A DNA stretch of 59,055 nucleotides, counting the filler, from Basidiobolus ranarum (taxonomy: Eukaryota): NCBI GenBank assembly GCA_040143965.1. It is 3 parts of 3 records of this genome, joined end to end, with 100 filler letters (N's around TTAATTAATTAA, not from the genome) between each part and the next. Parts side by side here need not be neighbours in the genome. Positions count along the whole stretch, not along the records: positions 1 to 19,674 come from JASJQH010007120.1; 2 more parts are not named here. The stretch is one strand, 5' to 3'. Shown one piece after another: positions 1-13,832 of this stretch (its first letter is position 1; each line of letters begins with the position of its first letter). The notes beneath the pieces were generated by a model. It saw nothing but the letters and a program-made list of their open reading frames with translations. It made no database searches and was not told where the DNA came from. The translations under genes were made by a program, and so were the position numbers.

Positions 1-2427
1 AATACCCATCGGAAAGTGCAGCCACGGAGATGCATGCTGGAAACAAGTGTGTCGTCGTGACATCATCTTGCTGCAATATCAAGAGAACATTGGCTGCTTG
101 AGTGTTGCTTGAATGCCACAATAATGTTGCAGTATTTCGGAATGATATGAACATTCTGGGCGAACCGTGTCGTAAATATAGGTGTCCTGGTTAATCTAAC
201 ACTGAATCTAGTAAATGGATTAGTATTAATCTATGCTAACACCCCACCCTGACTCTTTGTTGTGAATCATCATGAAAGGCTCTGATATGCTGTCTGATTT
301 AAAGTTTACAAGTCCCATGGTCAGAGCCCCTGCAAATAATTTTTGAAGACTACAGCTTAGTCAATCGTGTTTGGAAATAATTAATTTCATTCTGATTTCC
401 GATTAACCAGAGATTGAGCAGCTAACCCTTGGCATCTGACAGACCAGTCAAAAAAGTATTGCATTCAGCTGCGTAATGAGGGCTTAGTTGTTTCCAAAGC
501 ACAAAGTGTACCACTTGCCAAAACCCAGGGATCTTGGGTCTATGCCTTCTCCAGACACCTCCGAGTCGAGTGTATCTTTATATAAACCGGAATACGAAAC
601 AGAACTAGCCTTTGAGATACGACGTGTAGAATGCTTCTTTTAGTGCGAATTATACTCCGATGACTGGCTTCGTAACATCTTCCGGCCATATCCCAGGAAA
701 ATCAAGTTACAAATGCTGTTGGCCTATTGGTGATTTTTGGTCTACACATTCCCACTGTAGTGGCTACTCTCAATATTCAGTTAGGGAACCCCCTGCTCAG
801 ACTGGCCACATTTTTCCGAAGGAATGTTGTTGATTATCGATTGGTTTCTGTATATCTAGATGAATGGTGCAACCTTTAGTATCTTGATACCACAATCACA
901 AGTTTGTCTACAATTCCCAACTGCAGCTCTGTGGCAAATTGTGAAGAGGTAGGATTGGAGTTGAGTTGCTGCTGGGCCCTGTCTTAGACTAAATCCCAGT
1001 TTGTGCCTAACAAGGAATACCGATCAGCCTTGAAATTCTAGAATCTTTTCCACTTGCAAAGAGCAAATAGTATATTCTTTGACAAGCTGGGCTTTAGAAT
1101 GTTGATTGGTCAAGGGTATGGAAAGGTTTTTTGGAGTATTTGTGTAACATGAGCAACATCGTTTGGAACTTCTATTCTTAAATGTCAAGACTGTATTGCT
1201 TCTATGGTTGCCCAATGTTGGACCAAGACCATATAGGGTCGAGTATGAAGCAAGGAAATGATTTTCATTGGGATTCTTCACACTACAGTGTCGCAAAAAA
1301 ACTTCAAAATCATTTAAGCTTCTTTTACACTGGATTTTTGTAACCTATCTACATCGGGGAAGTTGTATTGAGTAATCTGGCGACCTCTACATTCCAGAAG
1401 CATTTCACTAGGAAATCGCCTTGGACTTGTATACTCTCAAAGGCCAAGATGCTCAGGCGTGTTGGTGAGGTACGTCTATATTCAATATATATATGGATAT
1501 ATATGGAGCGAACGCTCAAACTAACCAAAAGAAATGCTCATTTAGAAATCAATTAAAGTACGATTTCTATTCTGCTCAATTTCATCCCAGATCTGAGAAA
1601 ATTCCTTTATGCTATGAAGCTTATCGGAACATTCTATTAGTGATGAAGATTAATACATCCCCAACGATCTGACTCGTTGGCTGCAGCAAGATCAGACGCT
1701 AAAGTGCTATTTGAGTTAAAGACACATTTGGCTGCCTTCCGACAACATGACGTCGCCTAGGGCTAAACACCCCATATATTCCCTAGAAATGCTGTGGGTG
1801 TTCGCCCCCCCCCCAAAGCTTCTTCCCTAGTGTATGGCTATCTAGGAATCTTGCTTGGCTTGATTCTCTCCATTACTGGCCTCGCTATACATTCTCATTA
1901 TTTTCAATCCTGAATCTCTCTGCCTCAGTAAGGAAATCAGTGTTGGCCAATCCCACGAGCGGTAATTGTGGCCATTTCAATTCACTATCCCGCACGTCTA
2001 TTGGTTCAGTACTTTAGAGGTTATGTTACTACATACCCTATATTTGGAAGGTAGACAAACCAAGGGGTTAATTAGTAGTGATGTATATACCATGCTTACG
2101 AGTTGGATAATAAATCAAAATTGTAACAATCTTAAATTTTGCCAATAAATTATCCTGAGATTGCCTCTTTTTTATCGAATTTTCGTTTATTTGCAGTGAG
2201 AACATGTAAATTAACTATGGTGGAAATTTAAGGTCAGAAATGAGCGACAACTTGTGGCCCAGAACCTTGTTTTTGGGTCCCCTGTCAGCATGAAATGCTC
2301 ATTTAACTGGGAGGCTTGATGCTATCAATGAGTTGATATTAAAGCTAGCTATTCCACTTTTTCTCTGTTATCCTTCTTGTTCCCAAGCTTCCTTTTCCGA
2401 CCTTTCCAATCTACAACCTAAACTACA

Positions 2428-4440
2428 ATGGTAGGCTATCAAATTCATTTTATGAGTTTACCTTCTTCATCTGTCTTGGTCATCTAGCCTTTACTCTGTA
2501 ACTTGTTAAACTCTTCTTTTGAATTTAGGCTGGTGCTCTTGAAAACGCTAAGAAGGATTTACGTAAAATTTACGATGCTGACGAAAGTGAATATGGTTAC
2601 ATTTTCTCCGTTTCAGGACCTGGTAAGCTACTAGTAACAGTTGCATCAAATTATTTGTTTCTCATCAACTATTTTTTCAGTCGTCATTGCCGAAAAAATG
2701 AACGGTTCTGCTATGTACGAGTTGGTTCGTGTAGGCCACGAAGAACTGGTCGGTGAAGTCATTAGAATTGATGCTGATAAAGCTACCATCCAGGTTTACG
2801 AAGAAACCTCCGGCCTTACCGTTGGTGACCCAGTCTTGAAAACCGGTAAACCTCTTTCCGTTGAATTGGGTCCTGGTCTTTGCTCCAACATTTTTGATGG
2901 TATCCAACGTCCATTGAAGGCTATTCAAGAAGCATCCGATAGTATTTACATTCCTCGTGGTATTGCTACCCCTGCTTTGGATAAGAGCCTCTTGTGGGAC
3001 TTCACTCCTACTAACTTCCAAGTTGGTGATCACATCACTGGTGGTGATATTTACGGAACTGTCTTTGAGAACTCTCTTGTTCACAGTCATGGTATCATGT
3101 TACCTCCTAAGTCTGCTGGTACTATTTCCTACATCGCACCTAAGGGTCAATACACTATTGAAGACACTGTACTCGAAGCCGAATTCAATGGTGAGGTCAC
3201 CAAATATTCAATGAAGCAATTGTGGCCTGTTCGTTCTCCTCGTCCCGTTGCCGAAAAGCTTGCTGCTGATTATCCTCTTCTTACCGGTCAAAGAGTTCTC
3301 GATGCTCTCTTCCCCTGTGTTCAAGGTGGTACTACTGCTATTCCCGGAGCTTTCGGTTGTGGTAAAACTGTTATTTCCCAATCTCTCTCCAAGTACTCCA
3401 ACTCCGATGTCATTATTTACGTTGGTTGTGGTGAACGTGGTAATGAGATGGCTGAAGTATTAATGGACTTCCCTCAGCTTTCTGTTAACATTGAGGGTAG
3501 ACAAGAATCTATCATGAAGAGAACAACTTTGGTCGCTAACACTTCCAACATGCCTGTCGCTGCTCGTGAAGCTTCTATTTACACTGGTATTACTCTTTCC
3601 GAGTACTTCCGTGATCAAGGTAAGAACGTTGCTATGATGGCCGATTCTACCTCTCGTTGGGCCGAAGCTCTTCGTGAAATTTCCGGACGTTTGGCTGAGA
3701 TGCCTGCCGATTCCGGTTACCCCGCTTACTTGGGTGCTCGTTTAGCTTCTTTCTACGAACGTGCTGGTAAGACCGTCTGCCTTGGTAATCCTAGACGTGA
3801 AGGTTCAGTTTCCGTTGTCGGTGCCGTCTCTCCTCCAGGTGGTGATTTCTCTGATCCTGTTACTGCCGCTACTTTGGGTATTGTCCAAGTTTTCTGGGGT
3901 CTTGATAAGAAGCTCGCTCAACGTAAGCATTTCCCATCCGTCAATTGGTCTCTTTCCTACTCCAAGTACGAGAAGGCATTGGAGCCTTTCTACGAAAAGG
4001 CTGATCCCGAGTTTGTTAACTTGAGAACCAAATGTAAGGAAATTCTCCAAATGGAGGAAGATTTGTCTGAAATTGTCCAATTGGTCGGTAAGTCTGCTCT
4101 TGCCGAAACCGACAAGATTACCTTGGAAATTGCCAGAATTATCAAGGATGACTTCTTGCAACAAAACGGTTACTCATCATATGATCGTTACTGCCCATTC
4201 TACAAGACTGTCTGGTTGCTTCGTAATATGATCGGTTTCTACAGCCACGCCACTCACGCTGTTGAAGTCACCAACAACCAAATCACCTGGGCCAAGATCC
4301 GTGACAACATGGGTGATGTTCTTTATAAGCTCAGCTCCATGAAGTTCGAGGACCCTGCTGATGGTGAAGAAGTCATAGTCGAGCGTTTTGCTAAGTTGAA
4401 CAAGGAGATTGAAGACCGCTTCAGACAACTTATTGACTAA
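2428..4440 (+). CDS. VMA1: V-type ATPase catalytic subunit A (3 exons: 2428-2430, 2529-2622, 2681-4440), no intein
   Basis: Spliced N-terminus [40 protein letters not shown]-loop [35 protein letters not shown]; strong codon bias. The first intron directly follows the ATG. Confidence 0.97.
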
Positions 4441-5251
4441 GTATACTAAATCTATTGTATTGACCTACTCTTTCTTTCGAACCATTACTCAACACTCTTA
4501 CATTCTCTTTGCTATTGTTCAAAAATCGTCTCACAACATTTCTTTTCTAATCTTGTCACTTACTTTGTTTGAAATCATTTTTCTTTAATGAAGTAATCGT
4601 TCAGGAACATAACAAAACGAAGGTGAATCATCACCAACAAGTCTCTTTCGGTTTTTCTCTTCATCAGATTATATCACTATTTACCCCTTTCATTTCTCGT
4701 TTTGTTTGGATTCTACCCTCACTTCTCTTCCCCTCCTCTTAGTTTATTATTCCGTAATTGATGGGACAAAGTAAATCATGGGCAAAATTCTTGATTGTCT
4801 TGAATCAATAAATTATCGAAATTAAGAATTGGAGCATCAATGAAGTTGTACCGACTCGCAGATTGATAAAAGGTAGATAATCATTTTGAGGGATTTTTCT
4901 AAGGCCAAGTCCCTGGATGAGGAAATATTTACGAGGTATGGCTTATCGATGAATCACCTCATCGCATCACATATGATAACAGGATTTGGTCAAATGAATG
5001 TACGAGTATCGGGGCTGGGTATCCAAATAGTATGTGAAGGTTTTGGGAAGCATCGGAATGACTGTTGAATCCAATATGAAGATTTATGGTAATATGAAAG
5101 CCCCATTTGAATAGATTTGTTAGAATAATTTAAGGTCAAAGTACATTCCCACTCGAAGCTTCCAAGTTTAAGAACAAGTCATTTTCTGGTCTTCATAATC
5201 CTCGGTTTCTCCTAAATTGGGATCCGAGTTTTCTAATTATCCAAGATACGA

Positions 5252-5293
5252 AATGCAATGCAATGCAATGAAATTGAATTGGATTGAATTGAA
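5252..5293. repeat. Short degenerate pentanucleotide microsatellite (AATGC)n/(AATTG)n
   Basis: aatgc aatgc aatgc aatga aattg aattg gattg aattg read directly. Confidence 0.7.
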
Positions 5294-5741
5294 CTTTTGA
5301 CAGCATGCGGTTGTTCACGGGACACCTGGGAATTTCATTAGGGCTATTTCCTTTAACGATGTACATTTATTCAGGGCTGGTGGATTCGTGGGCTTAGGGT
5401 TACACATAATGTATTGGATATTCTATCAAGGTAACTAGTTAAAATTTGACCGCAGATCTTGCTTCTTGTTCATATTGGATTTTATTGGTCATATTAAGTT
5501 AATTGATGATGGAAACTTCGTTGGTGAGCAAAGTATTGTGCCAATATAGTATTAACAATATAGCTTTAGATAGGTACGTTGGTGGTCAGTATTTTCGAAC
5601 GAAGATGCAGCTTTCTGACTTGACATATTACATTCATCTTGCAAGTATAGTTGGTAATGTTTTAATCGATAGAAAATAGAGTTAGGTAGACTGATTTTTA
5701 ACAAGGAGATAAAGGAATATGGAGGTGAATGTACCAGGTAT

Positions 5742-7214
5742 TTATACATGATTGTTGGTGGGATTTCCGTTATTACCATTGTTGTTGCTCCAGAATGTAC
5801 CATTTTCTACTCTAGTACCAACGTTACGGTAGTTATTATTACTATAACCCCCACGCTCACCTTGAAATCCACCTGAGCCGCGACCTCGGCCACGATGACC
5901 ACCACCACCACGACCGCGACCTCGGCCACGACCTCTATATCTGCCAGGATCCACTGATGTTTGGCCAAAAGTTTCAAGATTCAATTTACGCTCATGGCTT
6001 TGTCTCTCCCGACGCTCATTAAACGAGAGCCGAGGACTAGTACGGGAATACATAGAATATTGTTAATCTCCAATACAACGAGAGAAATCATCTTGTTTAT
6101 CCTTACCGCCCATCATTTTGGTCCATTCTTTCTTTGGCTTCACAAGAGATATTATCAAAAAAGGAAGCGGATTTATTATAGAAAGGCGGAGGTGCTGGTT
6201 CATTTGACTGTTCGAGAGTTTCATCGTCACCAACCTCTTTCAAAAGATCGGTTCTGTCAAATTTCGCATTGGAGGACTCAAAATCAAAGTCTGACGTGGG
6301 AATTGGGACATTTCTATCCTTGGCACTATGTCTACGATTTCCACGTCCTCGACGATTGATTTGAGTCAAATGTCCACCCATACCAGGAAGTCTGTCCGAG
6401 GCACTAGTTTGAGCGTTAGACCCATGTTGAATGGAGTTACTGTCATCGTAAAACTGCTGTCTTGAACCAGAGAGAGATTCATTAAATTGGCGACCATTGT
6501 TGGGACCAGTATTAGGTTGTTGCCAGTGTTGTTGACCTCTCTGGCCATGCATGGGGGGTTGTTGTTTGTAAGCACCTCCAACCTCACCTTGGTTATCTAG
6601 GTCAGAATTACTGTAATTTTGGAAGTTTGGCGGTTTAGAGGGAGTGCTCTAAGCAGAAAAGGTAAGTTTGAGTATACTGAAGACGAGTCACATTCATATA
6701 CCTGAAGAATAGCAGGATCATTGGGAATAGTAGGTGGCTGAGGGGTGGGTAGTGCTTCACAGACATTTAAATCTTTCACATCCGAACCACGGAAAACTAT
6801 ATACTCGAAAACATGATCGGAAGGGGCAATTTCCTCAGCGGGATTTCCTTTTCTTCCTTCAGTACCAAAAGAGCGAACTAAGTGAAGAATCTGCGTAAGT
6901 AATATTGAGATAACGGGAATGAAGCTTCATCGGTTAAACTCAACAAGATATATGCAAAATGTATTGAGAAGTGGAGCCAAGTGAACTAAAAGTTATTTCG
7001 GTGAAACTAAACGGGGAAAATTCCCTGGTGTAATCGTGTCAAACTATTCTCAATCCTTCCATTCTAACATAAACTTGAATAAAAGATATCAAATACCTTT
7101 TTCCAAAGCGATTGTGGACTCTTGGGCATTGATACTGTGAAGAATGCCGACATAACGAATATCAGAGCGAGAAACCAAACTAATCGTCGAACCAATGAAT
7201 CCTTCTGCACTCAT
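5742..7214 (-). CDS. SCD6: LSM14/Scd6 P-body decapping activator (multi-exon)
   Basis: LSm domain MSAEGFIGSTISLVSRSDIRYVGILHSINAQESTIALEK|VRSFGTEGR...FEYIVFRGSDVKDL; FDF motif (DFDFESSNAKFD); FFD box (YNKSASFFDNISCE); TFG box (ERKLNLETFGQ); RG/RGG tail. Confidence 0.95.
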
Positions 7215-8270
7215 ACTTGCTAGCTATCCTAATATCAGTAGAGAAAGTTGGATAGTGGATAGGAACGACAGGAATTAAGACGTTCTCACATCGCATACAT
7301 AGCTCTTTGGGTGACGAAATCATCATCATGTCTTATGCCCCTGTCTACATATAAATGTAAATAAATGATATATCAATAGTTTTCAAGTCACATGTCTATG
7401 AGCGTAATTCTATGTATCCAAAAGAGGTCGCAGATGGTTTTCTGTGACATAGACAGTGACGTTTGATTTGAAAAACATTTTCTAAAGAAAGATTCCTATT
7501 CTGTTATACGTTACTCGTAGTAAAATGAAACGATTTAACATCCAATTTCCTTGCTGTACCTGTTTATTTTAATTCCTCTATCTTCCCTTAGACTCCAAGG
7601 TCACACATATAAGCATACACTTGAGCATTACTTGTTTAATATTATTCTTTTTAGAAATGAATTCACTAACTCGATTGGGATATCCAGCACTAATTACTCC
7701 TATAGTACAGGTCTTTGAACAATGCTTCTCAGTTAGAGCACCTCGACAACGTTCTCGAGGTTGAAACTCTTTTATGCTGTTCCATACTAGTACAATAGCC
7801 AAACACCTTTTCTATATGCCTCTGCTTTCTCGTTTTTCTTGAAGATATGCATAAGATACTCAACACAAATCAGACTCTTATTCCAGCAATTCTACATAGC
7901 ATTATCTTCGAATTACTTGCTATGGTACCTCTAATTGTATCTCGAATCTATAGTGTATACATGAGTGGAGCGTATTTCAAACAAACAATATACTAACCAA
8001 CAATACTCTGAGAATTGGTTACCATGTAAACAAGAATGTCATGATGTATGCTCTTGAAGAAAATCTACCCAATCATACAACAATCATTACATAATACGCA
8101 GTGACATAATCTGTTCCATCTACTCACATCCAATCGAAGAATAGGAGATAGGGAAATGGATAGTCAGGTAGCAAGTCGTACAAAAATCCGTTATATCAGC
8201 CGTCACAGCATACATTGCTAATTTGTTAAGCTGTTTAACTTGAGTTAGTTTCGTTCTAGCTACTTGAATT

Positions 8271-11200
8271 ATGAGTATCCAATTAGACGCGAAAACTTTT
8301 CATAGAAGAGCTCGACATTTACTCTCTCGTTGGAAAGTGGGTATTTTATACCATAAGAGCTTTATTGAAATTACTAGATATGTTTTTCTTCACTATGTTG
8401 CCTAAAGACTGCCTACCTAAACTATCCATATATAGTATTCAGACAATAATTTGTTACCATTTATTCCTATCTTCTCTTAGAATGGGGCAGTTGATTCATA
8501 CCAAAAAGTTGACAGTATTGTAGTTGTCACTGGTAACGCTAACGAAGAAATACCATATCAGAAATCTACAGCATTACAGGTATTCTATGCTTCATAGAAT
8601 TTATAAATGTCTTTTTTTTGGATCACTCATTTTTTGTATAGACGTGGCTACTTGGTTATGAGTTTCCGAGTACCTTGATCGCGTTGACTGCTGATACCAT
8701 TCATTTTGTTACAAGTGGAAGCAAAGGTTTGGGGTTTCAATATCTCTCCTTCCTTTAATCCTTTATAGGATGCTAATATTGAAACAGGGAATCTCTTGGA
8801 GGGGTTGAAACAAGGCAATAATCAGGTATCCGTCGAGATCCATAAGCGTAGTAAAGACGAGTCACATAATCGTAGATTATTTGAAGATATCATCAGAATT
8901 ATTTCCACATCTAAAGAAGGAGTATCCTTTAATCCCCCAATTATGCATATACTGTAAAATATAACAACAGTTCCAAGTTTCAATATCTTAACATCATCTC
9001 TCAAGAAAAGCGTTGGTGTTTTTCTGAAAGACAGAATTGCTGGGAAATTTGTCGATGAATGGAAAGCAGCTTTGAAGAATAGTTCTCACCTCTTTGAGGA
9101 GATAGATATTAGTGCTAGTGTAGCCATGACTCTAGCAGTCAAAGAGGAAGAAGAGATTGTAAGTTCCACATCTGCCTGGATTCAATTTTCGAAGTTTTTT
9201 CAAAATGATTGCTTACATGCATATTTGAATCAGAAAACTACGAAGATTGCATGTAAACTTAGCTCACTTGTGATGAAGAATTTCTTTATTGACGAGATGT
9301 CCTCCATCATCGATGAGGAGAAGCAAATCACTCATGATAAATTATCAGAATCCACTGAAAATTCCATCTGGGATGATGGTATAGTTAAGCGTCTCAAACT
9401 CCCGACAGATGTAAGCTTTAGCGTAATAACATTAACCAACCGCCACTTTTGCTTCTAGTATTAATCGGAAGCTTCTCTTGAACCACTTTACTATTACAGG
9501 CCAAATTGGACTTGGCTGATTGGTGTTACTCTCCTATTGTTCAAAGCGGAGGTTCGTATGACTTACGTTCCTCGGCCATATCAAATAGTGATAACCTACA
9601 TGCCGGTACAATCGTATGCTCACTTGGCATTAGATATAAATCCTATTGCTCTAACATTGGTCGCACATTTCTGATCGACCCCAATAAGGTATGTCTAGAG
9701 AAACTAAAGTTGAGCTATCAAGGAACTTTACTGATTCCAAGCACTCCATTCTAGACACAGGAAAGAAATTATGAATTCTTACTCGATCTCCAGCGACGAG
9801 TTATAGAGACAGTGAAGGAAGGGGTGCTACTGAAAGATGTTTATCTCAAAGCTTTATCATTTATTAAAAATAAGAGACCCGAGTTGGAAAGCCATTTCGT
9901 TAAGAATTGTGGCTTTGTTACGGGGATCGAATTTCGCGAATCTGCCTTTACTCTTAACGAGAAAAACAACAAGGCTCTCCAGAACGGGATGATTGTTATT
10001 GTTGTTGTTGGATTTCAGGATATTAAGAATCCCAAGTCGAATGACGATAAAAGCAAGCACTATTCCTTACTTTTAATTGATACTGTACGTGTTACAAATG
10101 ACACACCAATTGTGCTTACCGAATGCAGCGCCAATTTGAATGATATCTCGTATTTCTTCAAAGATGAAGCTGGAGAGGAGGAAAGTGACACTATTACTAA
10201 AATAGATCGAGATACAAAACCAGTTGATTCGTCACCTCAACATCCCAAAAACTCTGCTATTTTAAAGAGTAAATTCAGAAGTCAAGAACAGACAGATGAA
10301 AGTTCTGAGCAAAAGAGAAAAAACCATCAAAAGGAACTTGCGGAGCAAATACAAGTTGAGGGTTTAGCCAGGTTTTCCGGTGGCAAAGAGGAAAATCAAG
10401 ATGACAAAAAAGTGACTTTCAAAAAATTCGAAAGTTACAAACGCGAAACCCTGTTGCCTAAGGAAGTCAAAGAGCTTAGAGTGGTTGTGGACCACAGAAA
10501 TGAAAGTATCATCTTGCCAATCTACGGTTTGGCAGTACCCTTCCATATATCCACCTTGAAAAATGCCAGTAAAAATGATGAAGGTGACTATGTTTACCTT
10601 CGTCTTAACTTTGTCACTCCCGGTCAAGGTGTCGGTAAAAAAGAGGACTTGCCATTTGATGATCCAGGTGCAAATTTTGTGCGTGCATTGACTTATCGTA
10701 GCTCTGATACCTACCGTATGACTGAAATCTACAAGAATATCCTGGAGCTGAAGAAGAATCTTGCGAAACGAGAGGCAGAGAAGAAAGAAATGGCGGATAT
10801 TGTAGAACAAGACCAGCTTGTTGAGATAAAAGGAAAACGACCTTTTAGATTACCAAATGTCTTTGCCCGGCCAGTTTTAGATGGCAAGCGAATGCCCGGA
10901 GAATTGGAAATCCATGCCAATGGTTTGCGCTACCTTTCTCCACTCAAAAACGAGCAAAAGATTGATTTACTCTTCAGTAATATAAAGCACCTTTTCTTCC
11001 AGCCCTGCGACTATGAATTGGTTGTTATTCTCCACGTTCATCTGAAGAATCCGATCATGATAGGAAAAAAGAAAACCAAAGATGTTCAGTTTTACCGAGA
11101 AGCCTCTGATGCACAATTCGATGAGACTGGCAATAGACGTCGTCGATATAACTATGGCGATGAAGACGAGCTGGAAGCTGAGCAAGAAGAGCGTAGACGC

Positions 11201-12012
11201 CGCGCTTTATTAAACAAAGAATTCCGATCGTTCTCCGAAAAGATCGCTGAACTCAGTGATTCACGAGTGGAGGTTGATGTTCCTTTTAGAGAGCTTGGTT
11301 TCCAAGGTGTACCCTTTAGGACGAATGTTCTTCTTCAGCCCACTACTGAAGCACTAATTTATCTCTCTGATCCACCATTCTTGGTGATCACATTAGGCGA
11401 TATTGAACTGGCTCACTTAGAAAGAGTCCAATTTGGCTTAAAGAATTTTGATCTTGTGTTTGTATTTAAAGATTACGCTAGGCAACCTTTCCATACCAAT
11501 ACCATTCCTATGACACAGTTGGACAATGTCAAAGAATGGCTGGATTCAGTCGATGTACCCTTTACGGAGGGCCCACTCAACCTTAACTGGAATACGATCA
11601 TGAAAACCATTAATGAAGATCAGGCAGCGTTCTTCCAAGATGGTGGTTGGAGTTTTTTACGTAACGACTCTGATGCTGAGAATTCGGATGCTTCAGAAGA
11701 GATGGAGAGCGAGTTTGAAATGGAATCCGACGATTTTGCTGAGAGTTCCTCGAATGATAGCTCTATCGACTCAGATGATCACTCGGAGTCAGGGTCAGGC
11801 TCTGATGAGGACGAATCAGGTGAGGACTGGGATGAACTGGAGGAGAAAGCACGAAAATGTAAGTTACCTGTGGCCAATACTGAAGACACTGTAGACCAAA
11901 TACTAATTAGAGCTCTATCATAGATGATGAGAACAAGCATGGGCCCGCCACAGATCATAAACGTAAATCCAACGAAGCCAGTGCTAAGCCCAAGAAGAAA
12001 GCCAGGCGTTGA
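8271..12012 (+). CDS. SPT16: FACT complex subunit Spt16 (9 exons)
   Basis: N-terminus [73 protein letters not shown]; acidic tail. The last exon 11924-12012 ends with basic KPKKKARR*. Confidence 0.96.
8922..9005 (+). other. U12-type (minor spliceosome) GT-AG intron in SPT16
   Basis: 5'SS GTATCCTTT; branch ATCTTAAC at 8985-8992; AAG acceptor. Removal joins ISTSKEG to KSVGVFLKD in frame. Confidence 0.85.
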
Positions 12013-13832
12013 GCTTTGTATTGAATATTTTTATACTAGCATTTCTACCTCAGCCTTGTATACATGTTTAATAGCGTTATATTTTTTCATGCATTTATCT
12101 TTGCCACCTCTGTATTCATGCAGACGGATGTTATTAGCCTTGTCCGAAAGGAACACAATATAAAATGGATATCGAAAGGTAGCAAGAGTAAGATACAATT
12201 GATTTAGAGCAAATGACAACTTTCAGCTTGTCCGTATGTACACTGCACATACATGATATGGTCTTTTCACACTTCGCAAGTTAAATGGCTAGATTCACTA
12301 TAATCATGCTGGTCCTCTTTTCAATTATTTCACGGCTGGCACTGGTCTAGCAACTGATACTGTTGATAAAGTTACAGTATATGACTATACCAATGAGGAT
12401 GCAGTTATTTAGTCTCCATATATTTCAATCCGATTCTTGGATCACTCCACTCTCCTTACTTGTAGAACGCCATATACATTAGTGGTTCTTAGCGTTGCGG
12501 TTGCTCTCACAGCTCTCTCATGGCTTATCTTCAAATCTATTATTTGGTCTGCATTGCAAAGAATCCATCAAACCCTACCAGAAGTCTGTCAAAATAAATT
12601 TTTGTTAGGGATACAATTCAAATACCTGAGCTTGTATTCCAGTTATCCTCAGAAATCGAGTTTGCAGTATGATCGCGACATTAACGCATTGCTCTTCTCT
12701 ATGATAAATGAATCAAGTATTGTGTCAAGCCCTGGATTGTCAACACAGTACAGCTCCATTTAGTTATCAGCATTCTTTCACATGCTCCTGCCGAAAACTT
12801 GAAGCAATCCCGAAAAACGCAACCGATGAAACTCAGCACACACCGATGTTTCGTAGCATTAGATCCAAGCATTAGCGCACGAGCTTTAACTTACCCACAA
12901 ATCATTGAATCCCCAGTGTTTCATGCTAAAATTAACCCCAATGAGCAATCGTGAACAATCATCAGTTGGTATAAGCTATTGTGCTAACAATGTGTTGTTT
13001 TCTGACCAGTAGCTGCGATCTTGTGTCTAGCTAGGGATTATTTGTTACTCCGATATGACTGCAACTGTTATCTGGATCTGAGCACTTGATCTTCACTTCA
13101 CTCATAATCCATTTCGGGTTAAGCATCCTTACCAACAGCAACTCCCAGCCGAAACATAGTGTCATACCTCATAGCGATATTCATATGTGAGACAGGTGCT
13201 GCAGTCTCGAAGATCAAATTTGGTTCCCAAAGGTGTTCAACACGAAGCTTATGACAACACAGGGGACCCGTGAACCTCGCGTCCAATTCGAGATTTGTAT
13301 CATTCTGCCCAATTCAATCCACTTCTTGTTTACGTGAAGTGATGGAATTCTCTGAGTTTGGCGAGTTATCCATGATATTAAGCAATGAAGTATTATCGAG
13401 CTTCTCTGCATTTATCCGCTTTCAACCGCGATTTCACATCGTTCAACCATTCCTTTTTGTTATTATCTCGGATCCATATTCCAATCTAATTTTCCTATCT
13501 TTTCATTATCTGTTAATTTGCTCTACCGTCTTGGAACCTTAAACTTTCCTTTTCGTTTGTCTCTACATTGTATACTATTCTACCTTGGCTACTAGCAGTT
13601 TTATATCCCATATTACGCTACCTTAAGTGAAAGTTACCCATCTCCCGTAAGTATCTCCATCTCGATCAATCTTTTATCATTTCTCTAAATGCATTGTTCG
13701 TACCGCAGTCCCGATATTTTTTGCTTTTCTTAACACGGTTCTTTTTCTGACTGAGGTTTTTTCTTTTCCCAGAGTCCTATAAGTTAGTTCTAAAAACTCA
13801 TTAGCGTTACGTTCATAGAGAACTAATCGCAG

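Noticed and set aside
980-1080. Chromodomain-like relic (VEKILEFQG*SVFLVRHK) on the minus strand
   Set aside because: It lacks the conserved aromatic residues (KWKGY, TWEP), is interrupted by a stop, and has no neighbouring pol sequence.
3409-3453. VMA1 intein (VDE/PI-SceI) at the canonical insertion site
   Set aside because: The site reads continuously [14 protein letters not shown], so this is an empty allele.
2677-4428. Long antisense/overlapping ORFs over vma1 (similarly over SPT16, PUF and the acetyltransferase)
   Set aside because: These are shadow ORFs from codon bias of the real gene and have no recognisable domains.
6878-7096. Intronic snoRNA in the long first LSM14 intron
   Set aside because: No box C (RUGAUGA)/D (CUGA) pair or convincing H/ACA hairpins on the sense strand.
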